A DNA stretch of 64,000 bases from Mobula hypostoma (taxonomy: Eukaryota), in NCBI RefSeq assembly GCF_963921235.1, contig NC_086097.1, forward strand, positions 192,636,001-192,700,000, written 5' to 3'. The notes below the pieces were generated by a model that saw nothing but the letters and a program-made list of their open reading frames with translations, had not been told where the DNA came from and did no database searches. The position numbers were made by a program, and so were the translations under genes. Positions 51,852 through 64,000 of this stretch are shown here, piece by piece (the stretch's first letter is position 1; every line of letters begins with the position of its first letter).

Positions 51852-52409
51852 AAGGATTCAATACCACCAGATTATGTTTTGTGTGTTGCCATTTCTAGTG
51901 GAAATTTCTGAAAAATTTCTGTGAAGTAGAAATTGCCAAAGTATGCAATTACGTTGCTATCATCCATGTGTGAGCAATATACACTCAATAATAGCTGCAA
52001 GTTCGATGCAAAAGCACCATTTGGTTAGGGCCAAAACAGCTACAGTAAGGTAAATATTTAATGCTGTTAATTTCCTTTTTTGCTGTGTGATTTAAAGGAA
52101 CTTTCTTATTTATTTATTTATACAATGGCCTATCAAGGATTATTTACTTCAATCAATATTTGAAGAAAACACAGGCATCAAAGTACACTTTATTCTGATT
52201 CATGAAGTGATTTGGAAATATTTCATGTATTTCAAGTTTTAAGAATGACCAAATTTGATGTGTATCATATTTTGGATATAAAATAAAACGTGTTTGGTTG
52301 AATCATTTCCAATTTCCATAATATTTTTAAATCACTAAATACATAAAGCATACATGTATTATAATATTTGCAATAATTACCACCATCATCAGATGCAACA
52401 ATTGAAACT

Positions 52410-52680
52410 TATTTGGAGATACAGCATGGAACTCTACAAGCTGCACCACTCATCAGCTGACCTATTTATACCTATTCTAATCACAGTACAATTTACATTG
52501 ACCAATTAACTTATTATCTGTTATGTCTTTGGACTGTGGCAGGAAACTAGAGCACCTGTCCACTCATGCACTCACGAGAAGGATGTACAAACTTCTTACT
52601 GACAGCATCAGAATTGAACTCTGCACTCCGACACTTCGAACTATAATAGTGTCATGCCAACAGCTATGTTACTGTGATGC
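52410..52680 (-). mobile_element. V-SINE/HE1-like SINE
   Basis: Reverse complement of the V-domain-like core (GTCTTTGGACTGTGGCAGGAAACTAGAGCACC). Confidence 0.65.
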
Positions 52681-52956
52681 ATGAAAGGAAACAGACATTT
52701 AATTTTTAAGAAGTAAAGCAATGCAAAAACAGGAAATCCAAGTGAAATTTAGCAGGAACTATCAATAAGATTGCAAAAAAAAATACAGTGAAGTTGCTCA
52801 AAATATGTTTTAAAAATACTTTTATGAGCCATATCAGAAATCTTGCTTTAATAGAAAACTTAACAATGGAAGTATGACTAATAATAACAATTAGGCTGAA
52901 ATATACAAAATCTGCGTAATAAATATTACTTTTGCCACAATCCAGACTAAAAATCC

Positions 52957-54338
52957 GTGGTTGGGAAGTTGTTGGAGTTGATTGTCAAGGATGAGGTTAC
53001 AGAGTACCTGGAGGCATATGACAAGATAGGCAGAACTCAGCATGGATTCCTTAAAGGAAAATCCTGCCTGACAAACATATTACAATTTTTTGAGGAAATT
53101 ACTAGTAGGTTAGACAAGGGAGATGCAGTGGTTGTTGTATATTTGGATTTTCAGAAGGCCTTTGACAAGGTGCCACACATGAGGCTACTTAACAAGATAA
53201 GAACCCATGGAATTATGGGAAAGTTACATTCGTGGATAGAGTATTGGCTGATTGGCAGGAAACAGAGAGTGGGAATAAAGGGATCCTATTCTAGTTGGCT
53301 GCCGGTTACCAGTGGTGTTCCACAGGGGTCTGTGTTGGGGCCGCTTCTTTTTACATTGTACATCAATGATTTGGATTATGGAATAGATGGCTTTGTGGCT
53401 AAGTTTGCTGACGATACGAAGATAGGTGGAGGGACCAGTAGTGCTGAGGAAACAGAGTCCGCAGAGAGACTTGGATAGATTGGAAGAATGGGCAAAGAAG
53501 TGGCAAATGGAGTACAATGTTGGAAAGTGTATGGTTATGCACTTTGGCAGAAAAAATAAATGGGCAGACTATTATTTAAATGGGGAAAGAATTCAAAGTT
53601 CTGAGATGCAACGGGACTTGGGAGCCCTCGTACAGGATACCCTTAAAATTAACCTCCAGGTTGAGTCAGTAGTGAAGAAGGCGAATGCAATGTTGGCATT
53701 CATTTCTAGAGGAATAGAGTATAGGAGCAGGGATGTGATGTTGGGGCTCTATAAGGCGCTGGTGAGACCTCACTTGGAGTACTGTGGGCAGTTTTGGTCT
53801 CCTTATTTAAGAAAGGATGTGCTGACGTTGGAGAGGGTACAGAGAAGATTAACTAGAATGATTCCGGGAAGAGAGGGTTAACATATGAGGAACATTTGTC
53901 CGCTGTTGGACTGTATTCCTTGGAGTTTAGAAGAATGAGGAGAGACCTCATAGAAACGTTTCGAATGTTAAAAGGCATGGACAGAGTGGATGTGGCAAAG
54001 TTGTTTCCCATAATGGGGGAGTCTAGTACGAGAGGGCATGACTTAAGGATTGAAGGGCGCCCTTTCAGAACAGAAATCCGAAGAAATTTTTTTAGTCAGA
54101 GGGTAGTGAATCTATGGAATTTGTTGCCACGGGCAGCAGTGGAGGCCAAGTCATTGGGTGTATTTAAGGCAGAGATTGATAGGTATCTGAGTAGCCAGGG
54201 CATCAACGGTTATGGTGAGAAGCCAGGGGAGTGGGACTAAATAGGAGAAAATGGATCAGCTCATGATAAAAATGGCGGAGCAGACTCGATGGGCCGAATG
54301 GCCTACTTCTGCTCCTTTGTCTTATGGTCTTATGGTCT
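52957..54338 (+). mobile_element. Young 5'-truncated CR1 LINE (RT)
   Basis: ORFs 52957-53478, 53426-53881, 53896-54240 ([30 protein letters not shown]); tail TCTTATGGTCTTATGGTCT. Confidence 0.95.
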
Positions 54339-54424
54339 AAAAAGGTAGCGGGGTGAGGAGGAACACAATCTGGCTGGTAATAGGTGAGTCCAGGTGAAGG
54401 GGTAAAGGTAGGAGGGTGGGGAAG

Positions 54425-55165
54425 ACACAAGAGATTCTGCAGACACTGGAAATCTAGAGCAACACACACAAAACACAGAAGGAACATCTATGGAGGGAAA
54501 TAAACTCATGTTTCAGGCAGAAACCCTTCAACTTCCTTTACATCAGTGACACCCAGCACTACAGCACGATCTTCCAGTGGCCACTCATTTTAATTCCACT
54601 TCTCATTTCAATACTGACATATCTGTCCACAGCCTACTCTGTTGCCGCGATGAGGCAGGAGGCAGGCTGAAGGATCAACACCTCATATTCTGTCTAGGTA
54701 GTCTCTGACCTAAAGACATCAAGATCAATTCTGGTAAACACTCCCCTCTGTTTTTTTTCCACCACCCCCACCTTCTTTTGTTTTCCCTCATTACTGTGGT
54801 CCCTTCACTCCTCCTCTTCCCCTCTCCAAGCTCACAACCTGCCCATTACCTCCCTCTGATTTCCCATTTTATTCCATAGTCTATTGTCCTCACCAATCAG
54901 AATCCTTGTTCTTCAGCCCATTGCCTCTTCCATTGTCACCTTCTATTTCTCACATGATTCCCTTTCATCCATCCCTAGTTCCACCTCTCACCTATCACCT
55001 GCCATTGCCTACCCTACCTTTTTATTCTGACTTCTGCCCTCTTCTTTTCCAGTCCCTGATGGGGGCCTGAGATGTTGACTGTTCATTTCCTTCCAATGAT
55101 GCTACCTAACATGCTCAGTTCCTTTAGTGTGTGCTATTCAAGATTTCCAGCATCTACAGAATTAT
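54425..55165. repeat. Degenerate inverted Penelope terminal structure
   Basis: Left GATTCTGCAGACACTGGAAATC.., right ..TTTCCAGCATCTACAGA, enclosing Penelope 3' coding/UTR remnant in + orientation. Confidence 0.7.
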
Positions 55166-55739
55166 TTGTTCCCTATTAATTTTACCTACGTGCCTTTAAG
55201 ATATGGGTCATGTTTTCAAAGATATGCCCTGAAGTTTGTAACCATGGGACCTTCCAAAATATCAACTCAAAAGAAGTTGTTAAATTGGTGCAAGGCTCAT
55301 TTTTCTCCACTCGTATAAATCAGTGGGGAATGACTGAGAATGAAACCACACAGAGAAACTGATTTTTAGTGCTATAAAAATGAACTCTTGCCAAAAGTAT
55401 TAACTTTTTAATTTCTTTTTAGAAACAAAAGGCATATGTGATATATTGTATTGGGGCCATAAGGGGTAAAACAAAAGCTGGCAGGTGATATGTGGATCCA
55501 GGTGCGTTCCTCATCTGGTTGATACATCTATCACCTCCCAGCTCTTTCTTCACCCTTCCATCACATCTGTTTATTATTGGCTATCACCCCTCTTTCTTTC
55601 CAGTTCTGATGAAGAGTCTCAATCCAAAACATCAACTATTCATTTCCCTCAATAGAAGCTGCCTGACCCATTGAGTTCTTTCAGCGTTTTGGACATTGTT
55701 CCAGCTTTCCAGCATCTGTTGTCTCTTGCATCTGTAACT

Positions 55740-58400
55740 GTGGTTTTGCTTGGATGGTGTGAACTCAATGTCACAGTTGTATGGAGACAAAATCTACATT
55801 CTCGATGCCTCCATCATGGGCATAAAACACTTTGGCACCAAAATAGCCATCAGCAACTTGTGGTCAGTGACTGTTGTGAAGTATTTTCACAAAAAAAGGA
55901 TGAACTTTTGTAAAGCTGCCTCCCCTATCTGAGTGTATTTTTTTTCACTTTCAATCAATGAATAAAATTACAGCCTTTGTTGGCTGTTGTCCATGATGAG
56001 GTAAATCATTGCTCCAATTCCATTCTTGAAAGAATCACACAGAAGTTTTTAGTCAGGATTATTTGCTACCCAATGATTTACTTGCACAGATCTTACATTT
56101 TTCTTTTTGCCAGTTGTCACCTGCAGCCACGAGTCGTTTTTCTTTACTATCTGATGAAGTGGAGTCAACACCATGCCAAGGTCCCTAACCTGGCAATGTT
56201 TGTGTATTTACTGGCTCTACTGATGGCTTCACAGGCATAAATAAATCATTTCCTCTGCACAAAGGCAGATATGCTGTTTTTATGTTGACATCATTTTTTC
56301 AATGTTTTCTCAAGTACCTGAAGATTTCTTTCCTTTATCACAGTCACAATTAGAATGTCATCCTAATTGCATGAACAATGCCAGATCTTTGCAATGTCCA
56401 ATCCATGGCTACTTGCTTTGCTTGTCATTCATTGTCCTGTCCATAGCTACTCACCCTATAAGACAGCTTGTTATACAAGTACAACTCCATATACCTGTAG
56501 GTGCTAATTGTCAAGAGATGGTAACTCTTCTCTTTGATATAAGGCTGGTCATGACTGTGAGACAGATCTAGTTTAGTGAAGATTTATGCCTCTGTATGCA
56601 AACTTTGTGATGTTGACAATGGGTATTACTCATCAGAAGATTTTCTGTTATTGGCCACTTTGTAATCTCTGCAGAGACTGATGGTCTTATTGGTCTAGGT
56701 ACTACCAATATGTTTTCTGATCATCAAATTCCATTGACATTTTGTTGGGTTGTCAATGCATAAAGAATTGAATTGTTTTACATGGGTTTAGCTTGGGGTT
56801 TAATTTTAGGTATGAGATTTCTATCTTTTGTTGCCTGTGTATGAAACCTTAAGCATCCTTTCATAATGGTCCAGCAGCTCACTTAAACATAAATGTGATG
56901 TATTTTTCCATCCATTCTCAATTCTTTCAATGAAGTTCTTCTTACAGATCAGATCAGTTGGTATAATAAGCCAGCCATTCAGTCAATTGGTGTTTTATTT
57001 ATTATAGAGGGTGTCACATTCCATTTGTCCAAATATTCTCGTGTCCTCAGCAGAGTACATTCTGAATGTCATTAGCGTCTAGTTAATGGCACCTTACATA
57101 TTTCTCTACCTATGACACATCAATTCATGGAAGCATCAATATTCATATGGATCTTTAATTTTGTTGTTTTCTGGTTAATCACCACCTTCACTGTTATATA
57201 AACTACTTTTCTGTGATTTTCTTCAGTAAAAATACTGCTCAGTGGTTATTAGCTCGGCTTGTGGTGCTCTGTTTAACCCTACATTCAGAGGTTGTGGACC
57301 TTTATTGATAAAAGAAGTTCCTGCTCTGAAATTACATATATGCACTGTGGTTGGGTGAGACTAGACCTAGAGGTCATGGGTGAACAGTGAAAGGTAAACT
57401 ATATAAGGGGAAGATGAGTATGAACTCAGAGTATGATGAGAGTGTGGAATTAGGTGCCAGAAGAGGTGGAGGATGCGGATTCAATTTTGATATTTAAGAG
57501 AAGTTTTGACAGGTATGTATGATAGTGGGGTATGGAGGGTTATGAGCTTGGTGCAGGTCAATCGTACTAGGCAGAACAATAGTTTGGCATGGACTAGGTG
57601 GGCCAAAGAGCCTGTTTTTGTGTTGTAGTTCTCTATGTCTTTCTGACTCTAATTCCCTCCAGGCCCATTACTTGCAGTGCTTGTGGTCATATGATCCAAT
57701 CTCAATAAGAAATCTTCTGCAGCTGATCCTGACATTCATCCTCATACCATATTTACATGAATGTTCAAATTTTTGATTAACCTTTTTCCATAAGTATAAC
57801 TACCTTGCATATGCATTGATCAGTACATTATGAGGTTTAAGTAATTTGGGTTGAAGATGAAAATTTATTCTTCAGCAAACAATCCAGAAATGCAACAGAT
57901 CTTTCACAACAGCTGTACGGATGCTAGTTATTTCTCCTCTCTTCTGGTTATGAGTTCCAAACTCATAGCTTTCCATAATTTCTGTTGGCATTGAGTTGAA
58001 GTGACTTTACAACGTCTTTATTGGTTTGTTAAGTAGAGGACTGACAGTGTGCCAGAGTCACGTACGTTAGCATGTGGCTCTATCTCTTGCATAAGATCAA
58101 CTTCTTACATTCACGTACAGTGCCATTCATGTTCACCCTGGCCTCTATATTAATAATGATATTCATTTAAAAATCCATCATATCAAGAGCTCCCATGCTT
58201 TGTCTTTCCACTGTTTTCTGATATAAGCAGTTTGTGATTGGCTTGCCATTCTCCATTCTTTGCTGCTTCAACAATAGCTTGTCTTGTGTTTTGTTCCATA
58301 CTGAATTTTGTCTGCAACATTTTTTTAATTTCCTCATCTCCGTCTGCACATTATACATGCCAAAATTAATTGTGAGCTTCACAGTATCACTCTACTAACA
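55740..58400 (-). mobile_element. Heavily decayed Ty3/Gypsy LTR-retrotransposon internal region
   Basis: Minus strand manual translation: IHMNIDAS (protease-like, ~57130-57155), ISLCRDYKV (~56655-56684), IFTKLDLSH (~56557-56583), *DDILIV (~56345-56365), GIGAMIYLIMD (~55990-56022), FTTVTDHKLLMAI (~55845-55885). CR1 3' piece inserted at ~57345-57650. The 5' limit is uncertain. Confidence 0.75.
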
Positions 58401-59838
58401 AAAGCATGGGTTGAGTTTGTGGCATTAGTGACTTCATCACTTTTAATGGCTGTGATTCTTTGCTATTCTCATCACTGGTGGCAAGGGACTTCTCGGCCAC
58501 AATATCTATAGACAGATATGTTTCAGGAAGGGGAACAGATTTCGAGGCAAGGTGAACCTCAGGTGAAATCTCCATATTATGAGAGTTTGAGAAACATAGT
58601 GTGTCCTTTTCAACTTTTATTTAATGTATTCACAAGAGCTATTCAGCCACATACATTTATAGTTCAAGCTGCTTAACTAGTAGACACCTGATTAGGGTTC
58701 CAACAAATTTGCTGAAACTGACCATAGCCAGCAGTTCAACAGCAACAATACAGGACTAGTGCTGTCACTGTAACATATTAAAAGTCTGTAATGCTTGGAC
58801 ATGGAGCTCTCAAATGTATTTGCAAGGCAGTATTATCCCATGGGTCCATGAAATACAAACCACACTCTCAATTAACCTACAATTGAACTGTAATTCTCCT
58901 AAGAAAGGAACATAAATGAGATATCTGGAAACATAAATCATCAAACAAATTTATATGTTAGATATGTGACAGTGTTTAAATTTATCCTGGTAATTATGCA
59001 AATTAATTCAAAACTTGTAACTATATGAATTTCTGGACACTATTCTATCATTGGAAGAACATGGACATTCCTTTAGAAAAGGAAGGTGCCTTACAGCATC
59101 ATCCCAGAAGTTTAACTATTCAGCGTTCAGCATTCAGCGAAATTGACCATATCGGAAATTATAGAATCAGAATGGGTTTTCTGTCTCTCTGTAAGATCTA
59201 TAACTAAGTGACAATTTATTCATATTCAATCTTTCTGAAAATGTTCTCAGGATGTGGATATCATTTATAAATCTGGGATTTGTTGCCTATTTACAGTTAC
59301 CCTTTCAAGGTGATGATGTTTCTTTCTTTTGAACTGCTATGTTGCATGCGTTGAAATTCCAGGATTTTAACCCAAAGATAATGAGGAAATGGGCTATTTT
59401 TATAGATCAGAAAGTTTTGTACTCGCAGGGGAGCTTGGAAATGATGAGATTGCCATGTAAACTGTTTTTCTTCTCCTCAGTTATGTACTTTACAAGCTTG
59501 CTAAATGCAGGTCTCACCAGAAAGCTTGGTAGGTCGGATAAATGACAACAGAAGCATTAGATCCAGATCATGTATGCAATGTAGGAATGTATTTCTAAAC
59601 CTAATCAACAAGTGAATACTTCTGCCTTTCCAACTATTTTCTGTTATAAAACTTTCTCCTTTCTCAAAGCTACTCAACTATGAGCTGCACCACACTCTCA
59701 TTTCATTGTATTGATGGCTCTTTGATCATCACTCATGTACTCCAAACACTCAGCCAAATCAAGCTGAAGAATTAGGATCAGAATCAGAATCCGGTTTATC
59801 ACCGGCATGTGACGTGAAATTTGTTAACTTAGCAGTAA

Positions 59839-60494
59839 CAGTTCAATGCAATACATATATCTCCTGGTCCCTGAACTCCTCCATCCTGATCAAAAAGGCA
59901 CAACAGCGCCTTTATTTCCTGCGGAGCATGAAGAAAGCTCACCTCTGTCCCATGATACTGATGGACTTTTACTGCTGTACCATCGAGAGCATACTCACCA
60001 ACTGCATCTCAGTGTGGTATGGCAATTGTCCCGTATCGGACTGCAAAGCACTCCAGCGTGTGGTGAAAACTGCCCAGCGGATTATCAGCACCCAATTGCC
60101 CACCATTGAGAACGTCTAACATAAATGCTGCCTGGGCAGGGCGAAAAGCATTATCAGGGATGCATCTCACCCTAACCATGGACTTTTTACTCTCCTCCCA
60201 TCCGGTAGGCGCTACAGGAGCCTCCGCTCCTGCACCAGCAGGCACAGGAAGAGCTTCTTCCCTGAGGCTGTGACACTGCTGACCCTCTCATCACAGCGCT
60301 AAGCAGTATTGCATCCATATTGTACTGTCTCAGTACTTTTATATTTGCGTGCTGTAGCACTTTTTTTATTCGCAGTTATTTTGTAAATAACATTATCCTT
60401 TGCATTTCTGGTCAAATGCTAAATGCATTCCATTGGCTTTGTATCTGTACTCAGCATAATGACAATAAAATTGAATCTAATCTAGTCTAATCTA
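59839..60494 (+). mobile_element. Nested Rex1/Babar-type 3' fragment
   Basis: KKAQQRLYFLR..ISVWYG (ORF 59814-60119); (TCTAA)n tail; ACATA on both sides. Confidence 0.85.
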
Positions 60495-61392
60495 ACATAG
60501 AAGAAAAATAAATAAATAAATAAATAAATCAATCAATTACAGTACACGTATATTGAATAGATTTTAAAAATGTGCAATAAACAGAAATGCTGTATATTAA
60601 AAAAAAGTGAGGTAGTGTCCAAGGGTTCAATGTCCATTTAGGAATTGGTAACAGTGAGAAAAGGGAATCCCCTGGGTGCTGGAGGTCCTTAATAATGGAC
60701 ACTGCCTTTCTGAGACACCGCTCCCTGACGATGTCCTGGGTACTTTGTAGGTTAGTACCCAGGATGGAGCTGCCTAGATTTACAACCCTCTGCAGCTTCT
60801 TTTGTTCCTGTGCAGTAGCCCCTCCATACCAGACAGTGATGCAGCCTGTCAGAATGCTCTCCACAGTACAACTATAGAAGTTTTTGAGTATATTTGTTGA
60901 CATGCCAAATCTCTTCAAACTCCTAATGAAGTATAGCCGCTGTATTGCCTTCTTTATAGTTACATCAATATGTTGGGACCAGGTTAGATCCTCAGAGATC
61001 TTGACACCCAGGAACTTGAAGCTGCTCACTCTCTCCACTTCTGATCCCTCTATGAAGATTGGTATGTGTTCCTCCATCTTACCCTTTCTGAAATCCACAG
61101 TCAGCTGTTTTGTCTTACTGACGTTAAAAGCCACGTTGTTGCTGTGGCACCACTCCACTAGTTGACATATCTCACTCCTGTACATCCTCTCATCACCACC
61201 TGAAATTCTAACAACAATGGTTGTATCGTCAGCAAATTTATAGATGGTATTTGAGCCTTGCCTAGCCACACAATCATGTGTATATAGAGAGTAGAGCAGT
61301 GGGCTAAGCACACACCCCTGAAGTGTGCCAGTGTTGATTGTCAGCGAGGAGGATATGTTATCACCAATCTGCACAGATTGTGGTCTTCTGGT

Positions 61393-63190
61393 TAGAACAT
61401 AGAATAGTACAGCACAGTACAGGCCCTTCGGCCCACAATGTTGTGCCGACCCTCAAACCCTGCCTCCCATATAAGCCCCCACCTTAGATTCCTCCATATA
61501 CCTGTCTAGTAGTCTCTTAAACTTCACTAGTGTACCTGCCTCCACCACTGACTCAGGCAGTGCAATCCACACACCAACCACTCTCTGAGTAAAAAACCTT
61601 CCTCTAATATCCCCCTTGAACTTCCCACCCCTTACCTTAAAGCCATGTCCTCTTGTATTGAGCAGTGGTGCTCTGGGGAAGAGGCGCTGGCTATCCACTC
61701 TATCTATTCCTCTTATTATCTTGTACACCTCTATCATGTCTCCTCTCATCCTCCTTCTCTCCAAAGTCTAAAGCCCTAGCTCCCTTAATCTCTGATCATA
61801 ATGCATACTTTCTAAACCAGGCAGCATCCTGGTAAATCTCCTCTGTACCCTTTCCAATGCTTCCACATCCTTCCTATAGTGAGGTGACCAGAACTGGACA
61901 CAATACTCCAAGTGTGGCCTAACCAGAGTTTTATAGAGCTGCATCATTACATCGTGACTCTTAAACTCTATCCCTCGACTTATGAAAGCTAACACCCTAT
62001 AAGCTTTCTTAACTACCCTATCCACCTGTGAGGCAACTTTCAGGGATCTGTGAACATGTACCCCAAGATCCTTCTGCTCCTCCACACTACCAAGTATCCT
62101 GCCATTTATTTTGTACTCTGCCTTGGATTTTGTCCTTCCAAAGTGTACCACCTCACACTTCTCTGGGTTGAACTCCATCTGCCACTTCTCAGCCCACTTC
62201 TGCATCCTATCAATGTCTCTCTGCAATCTTTGACAATCCTCTACACTATCTACAACACAACACCACCCACCTTTGTGTCGTCTGCAAACTTGCCAACCCA
62301 CCCTTCTACCCCCACATCCAGGTCGTTAATAAAAAACACGAAAAGTAGAGGTCCCAGAACAGATCCTTGTGGGACACCACTAGTCACAATCCTCCAATCT
62401 GAATGAACTCCCTCCACCACCACCCTCTACCTTCTGCAGGCAAGCCAATTCTGAATCCACCTGGCCAAACTTCCCTGGATCCCATGCCTTATAACTTTCT
62501 GAATAAGCCTAACGTGTGGAACCTTGTCAAATGCCTTACTAAAATCCATATAGATCACATCCACTGCACTACCCTCATCTATATGCCTGGTCACCTCCTC
62601 AAAGAACTCTATCAGACTTGGCAGACACGATCTGCCTTTCACAAAGCCATGCTGACTGTCCCTGGTCAGACCATGATTCTCTAAATGCCTATAGATCCTA
62701 TCTCTAAGAATCTTTTCCAACAGCTTTCCCACCACAGACATAAGGCTCATTGGTCTATAATTACCCGGACTATCCCTACTATATTTTTTGAACAAGGGAA
62801 CAACATTCGCCTCCCTCCAATCCTCCGGTACCATTCCCGTGGACAACAAGGACATAAAGATGCTAGCCAGAGGCTCAGCAATCTCTTCTCTCGCCTCGTG
62901 GAGCAGCCTGGGGAATATTCCATCAGGCCCCGGGGACTTATCTGTCCTAATGTATTTTAACAACTCCAACACCTCCTCTCCCTTAATATCAGCATGCTCC
63001 AGAACATCAACCTCACTCATATTGTCCTCACCATCATCAAGTTCCCTCTCATTGGTGAATACCGAAGAGAAGTATTCATTGAGGACCTCGCTCACTTCCA
63101 CAGCCTCCAGGCACATCTTCCCACCTTTATCTCTAATTGGTCCTACCTTCACTCCTGTCATCCTTTTTTTTCTTCACATAATTGAAGAAT
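61393..63190 (-). mobile_element. Nested young CR1 LINE (RT)
   Basis: ORFs 62427-63161, 61768-62301, 61453-61764. Removal rejoins the host LNFL/TRRPQ coding sequence. Confidence 0.93.
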
Positions 63191-63838
63191 AGGAAGTTGA
63201 GGATTCAATTGCAGAGTGAGGTACGGAGGCCCATGTTCTGCAACTTCTCAATCAGGATTATGGGAATGATGGTATTAAATGCTGAGCTATAGTTGATGAA
63301 CAGCATCCTGACATAGGTGACTGTGTGGGCCTTGTGGTCTAAAGCCGAATGGAGAGCCATTGAGATTGCGTCTGATATTGACCGATTGTGGCTGGCAATA
63401 GGCAAATTGCAATGGGTCAAGGTCCTTGCTGAGGCAGAAGTTCAGTCTAGTCATGACCAGCCTCTCAAAGCATTCATGATTCATGATTCTTAACCAAATA
63501 TGCATCAACTTCCAAAATGTTGATTTGCTCCACAGCTGGGTAACATTCTTAATTATAGCAGCAATGCAAGTGTTTCATTAGGCAATGGGTTTCCCACCTT
63601 GATTATTCTCTTCCTTCCAGTAATCGTTATGAACAATGACACCCTCATCTTCTATATATTAACCTATATTCAGAGACTGAGCTTAAAAATAGATGCTAAT
63701 TGGTATAGTTAGGTGCTAATTGATATAGCTGGGGATTAATTGTTTGAAATATTTATTACAGTCTAAAGATATGTAGTTTAGTAGGTTAAGCAACCACTCT
63801 AAGTTGCCTCCATTATGTAGGTGAGTTGTAAAATCTGG

Positions 63839-64000
63839 GCAACACACATCAAAGTTGCTGGTGAACGCAGCAGGCCAGGCAGCATCTATAGGAAGAGGCG
63901 CAGTCGACGTTTCAGGCCGAGACCCTTCGTCTGAAGGGTCTCGGCCTGAAACGTCGACTGCGCCTCTTCCTATAGATGCTGCCTGGCCTGCTGCGTTCAC
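63839..64000. repeat. Penelope-derived perfect fold-back (runs off window end)
   Basis: 63861-63928 and 63933-64000 are exact reverse complements (68 bp) around a GTCT loop. Confidence 0.92.

Larger units (their letters stand above)
59777..63476 (-). mobile_element. Rex1/Babar-type LINE interrupted twice
   Basis: Pieces 59777-59838, 60496-61392 (ORF 60529-61374 QGCVLSPLLYSLYTHDC..YKFADDTT) and 63191-63476 ([16 protein letters not shown]). Confidence 0.9.

Noticed and set aside
1..64000. Prokaryotic systems (CRISPR array, operons, retrons)
   Set aside because: The sequence is vertebrate repeat-rich DNA; there is no regularly spaced repeat-spacer array, and all RT motifs belong to eukaryotic retroelements.

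Overview
This is eukaryotic, gene-poor, repeat-rich vertebrate DNA (intergenic or deep intronic). The repeat set (CR1 LINEs, Rex1/Babar-type LINEs, V-SINE/HE1-like SINEs, Penelope-derived repeats) suggests a cartilaginous fish, probably a ray or shark; this is inference. No intact host gene is recognisable, and almost all ORFs in the track are TE fragments or noise. The standout is at 1-1770, largely missed by the ORF track because of frameshifts: a decayed endogenous foamy (spuma)-like retrovirus. It comprises the RNase H C-terminus, a near-complete integrase with foamy-like motifs, and a candidate env splice acceptor and leader peptide. Other notable items are a Penelope-like element system (one decayed autonomous RT/GIY-YIG copy plus many short fold-back derivatives with TSDs carrying minimal hammerhead-ribozyme motifs), a near full-length RTE/BovB-like element with TSD, a decayed Ty3/Gypsy element, Tc1/mariner derivatives, several nested insertions and one orphan candidate exon. 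Family assignments are by-eye motif recognition; no searches were run and TE boundaries are approximate.
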